Assembly: GCA_030295235.1 (NCBI GenBank)
Contig: AP026130.1
Span: forward strand, 1,364,001-1,428,000
Direction of reading: 5' to 3'
Length of the DNA: 64,000 nucleotides
From: Fistulifera solaris
Taxonomy: Eukaryota
The stretch's first letter is position 1; each line of letters opens with the position of its first letter. The notes under the pieces were generated by a model. It made no database searches and was not told where the DNA came from. It saw only the letters and a program-made list of their open reading frames with translations. A program made the translations under genes and the position numbers. Positions 50,701 through 61,249 of the stretch are shown piece by piece.

Positions 50701-52518
50701 ATTGCTCCCTATAACGGATAGAACATTTGTAAAGCAAAATTCTGGCGGAAGATTCATTGATCGAAACATTTGATGACAATGGTAACAAATGGTCGTGTTG
50801 AAAAAGATGAAAAATCTTGAAATGGCCGCATGGATGCGAGATGGCCGAGAAAATGGACATGTCCAAAATCTCGTCCATGTGGCTCGGCAGAAATGACCGG
50901 AACGGTTGAGAACAGACGATTTTTGGTGGCTAGTGGCCAGATGGCCGGGGTTTTTTGTCCGACAAGATCGACCCTGTAGGGGTACCCGGAGATTGTGTTT
51001 TCCGACATCACACAATTACTGGATTTCCAGTGCACAGATGTCAACGTTTCCTTGTCCAACGTATTTGCTTCGTATCGGAAAGCATTAATCGCCTTCGACT
51101 TGAAAACAAAATGTTGATGGAACGATTGATGCAACGCTTCGAATGTCTACGTGATATCACGTAGCTCTCGTAGGGAAATTTATCGACAGAGGGAAAACCC
51201 GGATATCGCGCAATTTTGATGACACGATTTTCCGCGTTTTTGGACACCCATGTCACCAATACTTTGCCCATTCTCGCTTATGCGTGCCATGAAACATCCA
51301 TCGTTTTTGATCTGACAGCGATACATGAAACAATAAAAGGATAAAAACGCTTCCAATGTCTACGCGTAATGTACGTAGCAGCCGTGGGAAATTTATCTCT
51401 GTAGGGGTACCCGGATATTGTGTTTTCCGACATCACACAATTACTGGATTTCCAGTGCACAGATGTCAACGTTTCCTTGTCCAACATATATGCTTCGTAT
51501 CGAGAAGCAATAATCGCTTTCGATTTGAAAACAAAATGTTGATGGAACGATTGATGCAACGCTTCGAATGTCTACGTACTTTCACGTAGCTCTCATAGGG
51601 AAATTTATCGACAGAGGGTAAATCCGGATATTGCGCAATTTTGATGACACGATTTTCCGCGTTTTTGGACACCCATGTCACCAATACTTTGCCCATTATC
51701 GCTTATGCGTGCCATGAAACATTCATCGACCTTGATCTGACAGCGATACATGAAACAATATAAGGATACAACGCTTCCAATGTCTACGCGTAATGTACGT
51801 AGCAGCCGTGGGAAATTTATCTCTGTAGGGGTACCCGGAGATTGTGTTTTCCGACATCACACAATTACTGGATTTCCAGTGCACAGATGTCAACGTTTCC
51901 TTGTCCAACATATATGCTTCGTATCGAGAAGCAATAATCGCCTTCGACTTGAAAACAAAATGTTGATGGAACGATTGATGCAACGCTTCGAATGTCTACG
52001 TGATATCACGTAGCTCTCGTAGGGAAATTTATCGACAGAGGGAAAACCCGGATATCGCGCAATTTTGATGACACGATTTTCCGCGTTTTTGGACACCCAT
52101 GTCACCAATACTTTGCCCATTCTCGCTTATGCGTGCCATGAAACATCCATCGTTTTTGATCTGACAGCGATACATGAAACAATAAAAGGATAAAAACGCT
52201 TCCAATGTCTACGCGTAATGTACGTAGCAGCCGTGGGAAATTTATCTCTGTAGGGGTACCCGGATATTGTGTTTTCCGACATCACACAATTACTGGATTT
52301 CCAGTGCACAGATGTCAACGTTTCCTTGTCCAACATATATGCTTCGTATCGAGAAGCAATAATCGCTTTCGATTTGAAAACAAAATGTTGATGGAACGAT
52401 TGATGCAACGCTTCGAATGTCTACGTACTTTCACGTAGCTCTCATAGGGAAATTTATCGACAGAGGGAAAACCCGGATATCGCGCAATTTTGATGACACG
52501 ATTTTCCGCGTTTTTTGG
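47791..52518. repeat. 425-bp tandem satellite, ~6.7 units, interrupted by a TIR element
   Basis: tacgtag..gccgtgggaaatttatctctgt recurs at ~47791, 48216, 48641, 49066, 51371, 51796, 52221. Confidence 0.97.
49096..50974. mobile_element. Non-autonomous TIR DNA transposon, 1879 bp, 3-bp TSD (PIF/Harbinger-like)
   Basis: Ends GGGTCGATCTTATCG / CGACAAGATCGACCC, shared subterminal GGCCATCTGGCCA; TSD TGT (49093-49095, 50975-50977) verified against uninterrupted units (atctctgtaggggtacc). Confidence 0.88.
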
Positions 52519-52740
52519 ATGTTTTGAAGTAGTTATCAACTTTGACTTGCGGAAGGTTTGAATAGCAGCACCAGTTAAATGCACTTTTATTTGTCGATTG
52601 AAAGGACCAGCAATGTAACAGAACTACTTATCATAGCCACGTTGCAAAATAATTCGTAGCTAATAGTAAAATTATTGACCTAAGTGTTGGCAGTGTACAG
52701 GGGCAAGACGAGCCGGAGAAGGCGTCTTCTCGGTGTATGT

Positions 52741-53722
52741 TCATTGTTTGGTAAAAGGAGAGCTCAGCTTTCCAAGTCCAATTTTCATTTTAGACAGCTG
52801 TCGTAAATGACGATACCGTGCAAGAGCGCTTCGGGCTTCATTAGGATTGTTTTGCACGAAGCTCATCACGTTTTCATCGTGATGAACGGGGTTGAAAAGC
52901 AAGTTTTGCATGTCGTTCTCAAGTTGTTGCGTGATGCGTTGGAGATCTTCGGATGAGAGGTTGCCGCGCTTGTTGGGACTTTTGTTGATGCACAAGTGAT
53001 CAACCATAGCATTCGTAGCGCAAGCTCTTTCTAAAATTTTTGACCGATTTTCGCAGCAATCACTTCTTCTTCGCAGTCTCGCGACGCCTCTACATCCAAT
53101 GCAGCAGCATACTTCTCCCAGACTTGCTCGTAAGACATGCCTTGCGTTTGAAATTTGCCGTACTTGCGGTACTGACGAAAGCCATCGTACAACGAAGCTG
53201 CTAAACGATACGGCCAGTAGCTGCGCTCACGTGCATATAGTTTCGCAGCCACCCGTGCTTGATACGCCAGGGGAGCAAGATCTGTCGCAGCCGAGCTCCC
53301 TTGTTGATGTGAATAATAGCGATGCAATTCTAACAACGCCTTGGGTAACAAAGACTTATAAAGAAGCCGCGCACTCGATGCATCCAAGTCTCCCCAAACA
53401 CTGTTACGATTGCCTCCGAATGTTTCTCGTAAAGCATCAACACTCGCATATTTCCGAGCCCATGCTTCAGCGGGTTGCCCAGGCCCTAAAAACTTCCATT
53501 CCGTTTCTTGCTTTTGTCTTAAATCTTTCTCAGTTTGCAGTTCTTTATAAAGGTCCGGATAATCGTGAAAAAGGGCCGAGAAACACTTAAACTCGGTATC
53601 ATGAAAGCCTGACTCCGGTGTAATAAGCATAAGGTAACAAGCATCAACAGAGAAGGAAATCTCCCGCGAAATGATGTGCTCGCGGGAGACGAAGTTGTTC
53701 GAGGACGTTTGCAGTTTGTCAT
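52741..53722 (-). CDS. Hypothetical protein, possibly plastid-targeted (two frameshifts)
   Basis: LLMLVTLCLLHRSQA-FMIP resembles signal peptide + ASAF-type cleavage; body WARKY..FGGNRN..WGDLD..KLYARER; start uncertain. Confidence 0.6.
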
Positions 53723-54834
53723 GTTGTTTCGTAATGCGCCCCTTTCTATGCTTTCGTTGCGTGGTTGCACTAACTCTGGCTTTGCTTGTCAAAAGCAGTC
53801 GAATGTAGAGATTATGAAAGGAAGAAACGAAACGAAAAGCCCGATGAACGAAGTGATGTTTGCCCGATCCGATCAGCTCTCTTTTGTCAGAATTTGAGAC
53901 GGAGTTTTTAGTGAGAAATAGTTGCGGAGCGAAAGCAAGAAAATCTGCGTAGAAAATCTACTTGAAGTCAGTACCGCGTCACCACCGACCAACCAGTCAG
54001 CTCGGAATTTGATGCAGCTGTCCTCCCAGCGGACAACTGACTGAATCTGGGTGTCAACAACACGTGGTAAACAAGTGTCTTAGTGGTTCATTTACTTAAT
54101 CCAAATAATGACGACCTCGGTTTATAGATAGGGAGAATGTTGAAGCGAAAATGACTGCAGTCGAAGAACTGCTTCGTCATGCTTCGGCCGGTTTTCTCCG
54201 TGCAATTGCATGGATTTTTTGGAAGTCCCCACAAGATTCAAGACTCAAGTTAGTTGCTCGGACGCGCACATTGATCGCGATAAAAAAGATCTTCAACGAA
54301 GGACCCGGAGACTGATGCAGTCACGCAACCACATCCACACTCGGGACTGGGGATTTAAAAAAAGATTTACATGAAAGCCTGAAAATGTTCGATGAGCGCC
54401 GAACGTGAAATGAGCAGTCGTCTTTATTACACGTCAATCGTTACTTGTAGTCATCAACACATCGGTACTTCGCATCCGTAGTTTCAAAGCTGTTTGAAGC
54501 ATTGGGATTCGTTCAATGAAGACAGAGTGCTCCTTCATACCATCGACTTTTTTTCTTTCTGACAAATGGATACGGAGTATCGATCAAGACTACCCCGTTG
54601 AACTTTCTACCGGTCTATGCTAAATTGGTAGAATACAAAGTAGATATCAAAATCTTTTCATGTTTTTTAAATGATGTTACTACAGAACAGTGGATGCCGT
54701 CAAACAGCCGCAAATCATGTTACGTCACATAATACGGAATGGCTTAATAAAAGTCTCAAGCGATATTAAGGGTTGGTACTTTGACCACTTTGACCGTAAG
54801 GTTCGCAAACTAGATGGTTGTTATGGCTAGCTAC

Positions 54835-57800
54835 CTAGCGTCGGCGCGATGTTTTAGATGGCTTGGAAGATTTGCGTTGCATACGGTCGGCCTGGCGTCT
54901 TTCACGAGCATTTTGTATCTCGGTATCAATCCAAGCTTCTTCCAAACAAAAGTCTTCGTCCAGCTCGGAGCGTTTAAGTCTGTGCACGCGAGGCGGTGGC
55001 ATCTTGTAGTAATAGGTGGAACTCACTTCACTTGAAACCGTTTCACCATCCTCGTGTCTCGACTCTTTGCTCTTTGTACCACGGTGTTTAATGAGTCGGC
55101 CCTGACGAATAAATGCAACCCCGCGATATTCTTCTGGGACAGCAATCATGTGAGGGTCATTCGATGCTTTGACAAAGTTGTGAGGAGTGGATTGGTCCGG
55201 GGGTCGAGTCTTATTTGCCGGACTAGCCGCCACATTCTTGAATACATTTTCAAGAAGTGCATCTTCTTCATCGTCTCTCTTGCTCCTCTTCTGCCGCCTC
55301 TTGAGCTTTCGCTGAAGACGTTTCTCTTGGTGACGAATCTCGCGATCAACTTCGGCTTTCACCCACAAAAAGAATCTTTGTATTTTACGCGCAGCATTCT
55401 CTCGCTCCTGCTGACGCACTAAAACTTCAAAATCTGGGTTGTCGCCGGCGATAATATTTCGCGCCTGCTCAAAGATACGTTTGAGAACACGTCGATTTTC
55501 ATATTCTTTCAAAGCCAAATACTTGCGAGCGACGGTTTGAACGACAATGACGGAGCCAATAAACTCAAGATATTTCATCTCCGCAAAAAATCGTCTGGAC
55601 TGTCTTTGGATTTTGATACAGGCGAGATTAGTACGCGCAGAGTCCACAACTTGCTCTCTATAGGTCGAGCGCACCGAATACCCTCGCCAGGATCGTTGTA
55701 TAGTACGAGCCGCTGCGTACTTGTGGAACGGCTTGGTGCATAGATATGCCCGAGCGTAACGTTGAATGATCCGTGCTGCAGCACGCTTCCAGAAGCAAAA
55801 GCGAATCAAATAGCCACGGACCATAGCCTGAATTTTGCTGGCTGCAAGGTACTCTTTGTACGCTATTCGAACAACGTATGCTCTCCACGAAGCTTGAATC
55901 AATTGGGCCGCCATGAATTGACCATAGGCTTTTCGGACTACGTATGCCCTCCAAGTCTTTTGTATAGCCGTACTGGTTGCGACCTGACCCTCGCCGAGAG
56001 CAGAGACTGCCAGCAAAACATTGTCGCTGGTGTGACTTGCACGCTCGCCATTGCCACGAAGAACAGCTTGGATCTTAGACGCTGCTAAACTCTCGAGATC
56101 CAACCGTTGCTTAGCAAGATGACTTCTCCAAAATGTTTGGATTTTTCGAGCCGCCAAGTAAGTCAAGAATGCTTCCCGGCCTTTTTTGTACGCTGTTCGA
56201 ATCACATGGCCGCGGAAATGGGCCTGAATTAAGCGACAAGCCAGATAGTCGACGCATAATCGGCGCACAGTGGCGCCTCTCCATCTCGTTTGAATCACAC
56301 AAGCTGCCCTGTTGTCATCGACCTTAGAATACAAAATTTCTTTTGCGGATTGACTGACACGTTGAGTTTGTCGTAGTTGAAACGCTTTGATGGCATGTTG
56401 AATAGCAATCACTCCCGATAAAATTGAAGCGTAGCGTTGTTTGGCCTTAAAGCCACGAAAGGTAGACTGAATTGTCATTGCACTGTCGAGAGAGATAATG
56501 AAATTGGAGAAATGCCAAAATCGCCTCCACTGTGCCTGAATTAGAGTCGCGGCTCGATGTTCGTATTTCATGATCAAGTACTCCGTCTCCGCAACGAACC
56601 GGCGCCAATACCGCTGGATTGTGACTGCTGCATCATGGCGCTGCTGCTCTTGCATGTCACGACGGCGCCTGATTGCTAACCATCTGCGTGCAACACTTTG
56701 AACAATCACAACATCAGCGATTGCAAACATGTAGTCTGCATACGCGACAAACCCTCTCCAAACCTTTTGAATCCGCACAGCAGCCTGCAGGCGCTGCAGC
56801 TTCGTCTTGCAAAGCCACATCCTTACACCTGCTTGTAGCGTAATAGCGTGCCGATGACGCAGCGTGTTGGTTACTCTTCGTGCTTTCCATCTACGAACAG
56901 CAGACTGAGCGATCAATACATCAGCCAGGAAGTGCAAGTAGTTCATTGTGCAATCGTAAGATCTCCACTGAGTTTGGATAGCAACGGCTGCCTGGTATTC
57001 ACGCTCATAGCGCTTCGCATTGGCCAGTTTCTGTGCTTTTCTTCTTAGCCAAACACTCTGGATTATTATGATATCCAATAAATCAAGTTGATAGTGGAAT
57101 CTTCCAATGAAAGAGCGGTATGACGTTTGGATTTTGGTGGCTGCAGCCCGCTTGACCGCTAGCTCTTTACGAACTAAAAACGTTCGTGCCACCGATTGAA
57201 TTTGAATAATGGAAACCATCCGATCCATGGCTTTGTTCATTGCCAAGAACTTCCGAACTGCAGTTTGTATTATAGTGATGTTGTAAATTTTCTCGTAGAC
57301 ATCGAGCGTCGCCAACAGACCTCGAACATGGCGTTGGATTTCGATCGCACAACACTGTTGCAACAGTAACTGGTCTCGCTGAACACCGGCGCGATATAGC
57401 GCTTGGATCTTGGTCGCAGCATCATGTTTTACTTTCATATCTGATTGAACAAACCAACGTCGTGCACATGCTTGTATCATGACAATGGCCCACATCCGCG
57501 TCAGAGCTTCGCGGAGCGCCAAATGTTTGCGCACAATGCATTGAATAGGAATAACGGCCGCCGATAGCAAGCGCAGTCCTGCTCTTTGCATGGGGTCGTT
57601 CTCGTCGAATGACATGGCTGTAGAATGCACCTGCACAGCGCTTTCTACCGATGGCCTGCCATTTCTTCGTAAAATGCTTCTCAGTCTACGGATGTCCGAG
57701 CCCACTGACGATAGCCTTTCGGGTGCATTACGTTGTTTGGTGACCGAATCGGTCTCCAACAATGAAGTCGCCAAAATTCCGCTCGGTTCTGATCGACGAT

Positions 57801-59320
57801 TAATTGACTTCTTGACTAAGGGAGGTTCCATGGCCTCAGACGCTCGAGAGGGTACATTCCGTTGATTGAACAAACCACGACGAGCGGCCATAACTTTTCC
57901 GTGATCCTGTCCACGAAAACGATCAAGTCTAGGCTCCGGTGGCTTGGGAACTATCGGAGAGGCGGGAGTTGCTCGTGATTTTATCGCGGGTGAAGTGGGC
58001 ACAGGAGATGATCGCGGTGAAAAGCGGTGCGCAATACTATTCCGTGAAGTTCCTACCATAGTCAAGGAACTATTTCTCGATGGAGAATCACTCATCCTAC
58101 GTCTTGCTGGAGAAGCATCAGCCACTTTCATCGAATGGAATGTGCTAGGTGACGGGGACCTTGTACGATGGCTTTCGGGTTTGGGTTCGGCTCGAGATTG
58201 ACGTCTCTTCCGGACCATATCTTGCTTTGATATTTCCTGTTTTCTTACGTCGTCGCCTTCGTCTTCATCAGAAGTAACATCGACACAATCGAGGGCAGGA
58301 TCATCGGCTGCGTTCCTTTCGCTCACGATAATATGGTTGTGAAAGTGTTCAGCGAAAGGGTCTGCAAATATTTCCAGAGTCTCCGGATCAGATGATGTGT
58401 CGAATCGGTCAGCAGTGAACGGCGATATGCTAAAAGGGTCAACCGTTCTAGGGGCGAGCGTTATTCTCTTTTTGTTTTGAAAGAAGGAAGGATTTGTTAA
58501 ACCACTGACTTCTGTTTGATTTGCAGGAGAAGTGGGTCTTTTCAAGAAGAAGCCGGATGCTTCCGGAAAAACGTCATCTTCCTCTGATACGGCCGTGTCT
58601 GAAGAATAAAGACGTTGCTGCGCTGAATTTGAAATGAAAATAGAGTGATGTGCGACCTCTCGCTAAGAATGGTTGAAAAAACACCCGTGAGAAATTGATG
58701 ACAAAGTCGTGTCGTTTCTCTGTCGTGAAAATACGTACCCCAAACGTGCTTCTGCTTGCTACTTGCTGTGCGAATCCACGAGATCGCTGGTCATGTTGCT
58801 TCTGCTGCCTCGCTAATATATCTTTTTCTCGCGTACGCAAAGGATCCTCTTCGACTGCAATAGGATTTTCACGTGAGCCGACTCCATCCCAGCTATCGGT
58901 AAAACGACCCTGCCAGGGATCCGTCAGATCAGCTGGAACAGCCCATTCCGTGGTGTTGATTGCTTGATTTCTTGGTTTCAAGAAGAAACCGTCATCTTCC
59001 TCTGGCCAGGTAGCTTGCGACCACGGATCCGAGGTTGTTGAGAGAGGAAACCTTTGATTGCGAGACTGAGCTGCAGCTGTTTCGTGGACTTGCTGGTTCA
59101 CGCAGCTTCCCGCGGATACACTGTTCGAAACTAATTTACTCTTGTTGACTGGGAGCCCGTGATTATTATCTTTTCCGTGGCTTATTGCTCGTTCAGTACG
59201 CTTATTGCTGATAATATTTCGAACTTCGGGCTGCACGACACTACGTCCGTTGCTTTTGCTTCTTACTGTTGAACGTGTGCTCCTTTCTTTTTTGCCCCCT
59301 AGAGCAGAGAAGAACTTCAT
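54835..59320 (-). CDS. IQ-motif-rich calmodulin-binding protein (ASPM-like repeat region)
   Basis: More than 20 IQxxxR motifs (IQTRWRG, IQKVWRG, IQAHFRG); probable intron 58618-58738 joins ORF 58574-59320 to the 1236-aa ORF. Confidence 0.85.
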
Positions 59321-59879
59321 TGCTTAATTCGAGGATAATAGCAATGGCGTTTCAAGTTGTCTATTTCACTGTCATTGACTTTCCTCTTGCTTCAATTGAG
59401 GACGAGAGATGCACGGCTCCGTGAATGCGGATTTGTATTCGTTCCACACCAGCGAGAGCGATTCACGGCGACTTTCCGTTAATCAATACATAGAAAATCA
59501 AACTACTTCCTTTCTTATTGTCATGAGTGAGTCTGTGTATACTTAAACTGTTCGTTCTTAATTATTCGTAAATTTAGCGAACTAGATAGTGGTACCGGCG
59601 ACCAACGGATATCCGTTGAAACTAATTTTCGATTACTTCGTCTAAATAGCACCTTTGTGAAATCGTTCAAACTCAGTATTCAGAAACATTGAATTTTCGA
59701 AATTAATAAACCTTTCGACTGTAGCGTTGAATGTAGAATTGTTTAGTGACCGAATTACACCTCAGTCCCGGATTACTATTAATCACAACCACGACCACAA
59801 CTTTTACCAATTTAACTTGCCAATAGGATACTTGTAATGGACCATGTTTCACTGCTCATTGTGTCCCGTGAAAGTTATG

Positions 59880-60180
59880 TTTGTTGCTGGTAACACCTGT
59901 CTATGAACAAGTGGTGTTAATTTCAATTTTGCTGGACTGTCTGTGAACAAGTGGTCTTTTACAGCAAGCTTGTATGTTCACTACAAATAAAAGCACGGAA
60001 AATTCATTTGTTGCTAATAAATAAAGGACAGAAAATTCAATGGTTGCTAGTATAGAATGTCTATGAACAAATAATGGTGTTCATTACTTCAAAATAAAAA
60101 ATTCTTGGCGTCTGTTCTGCCAATAGTAGTTGTTCACTACAAAATAATGGACGGAAAATTCGATGGTTACTGGTATTGGT
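59880..60180. repeat. Degenerate AT-rich tandem repeats
   Basis: gtct(a/g)tgaacaa at ~59899, 59939, 60059; gttcactacaaa..cggaaa at ~59976 and 60132. Confidence 0.6.
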
Positions 60181-60267
60181 ATAGGGTATAGGCAAATAGT
60201 AATGATTAAAACACAGATCCCAAATATCTGAAATGCCCACAATATCTCCGTTAAATACAAAAAAAAC

Positions 60268-60812
60268 GATTCCAGAATTTTTGGAACGACTGCAGTATCT
60301 TGTTATGACCCAAACTTACGATTCCAGAATTTCTGGAACAACCACAGAAATTCGGTGAGACCCAAAACAATGATATTGATTTTGATATTCCAGAATTTTT
60401 CTGGAATGACCCAAGAATCTCCGTTAGGTACCATATACCATATAACGATTCCTTCCAGAATATCTGGAACGACTAAAGAATCTTGGATGTCCCAAACTTA
60501 CATTTCCAGAATATCTGGAACGACTGCAGTATCTTGTTATGACCCAAACTTACGATTCCAGAATTTCTGGAACAACAACAGAATCTCGGTTTGACCCAAA
60601 ACGATGATTTCAGAATTTCTGGACTGACCCAAGAATCTTTGTTAGGTACCAAAAACCGATTCCAGAATATCTGGAACGACTACAGAATCTTGGTATATCC
60701 ATACTTACGATTCCAGAATTTCTGGAACAACCACAGAATCTCGGTTTGACCCAAAACAATGATTTCAGAATTTCTGGAAATGATCACAAACTTTCCGTTT
60801 GACCCAAACTAA
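60268..60812. repeat. 52-bp minisatellite, 10 units, palindromic core TTCCAGAATTTCTGGAA
   Basis: Core variants at 60270, 60322, 60388, 60453, 60504, 60556, 60608, 60660, 60711, 60763. Confidence 0.92.
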
Positions 60813-61249
60813 CGGCTAGTGATGCATAATGGTGTGCTCGATGCTTGTTGTTTTCGTTGGAACAGATAGTCCGGCCGGCGGCCGGCAGGCGCAGGGCGTT
60901 TGACGAAAGACGAAAATGAACAGTGCCCGGTCGACGGGACTGATGACGTCAAAGCGACGCGACAAAGGGGTGTAGTGTGTAGTTGTAGTGTGTAGCAATG
61001 AGTTATAACAGTAGGTGTGTAACTCTGTCCTCCGTCCTCCTTTATCATGTCCTTAACCTTAACTTTTCCGCGTCTCATCCATCATTTATGGCTCTGTACG
61101 TCTCACGTCTCTATCGCATCATTGCTGCGCTACGGATTTTTGCCGCTCCGCGACCATCGCAAACTTTGACTGCAAGTATTACGTAGACCTACTCCGTATC
61201 ATACTACTTGGTATTATCTTTTTGTGATTTCTTCTTTTTTATAACAACA

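Noticed and set aside
47790..52584. Repeated short ORFs (MHQSFHQH..., MSTRNVR...)
   Set aside because: By-products of the satellite, on both strands, with variable stops and no domain.
60268..60812. CRISPR array
   Set aside because: Linkers are homologous and recur in order, no cas genes are present, and the context is eukaryotic.
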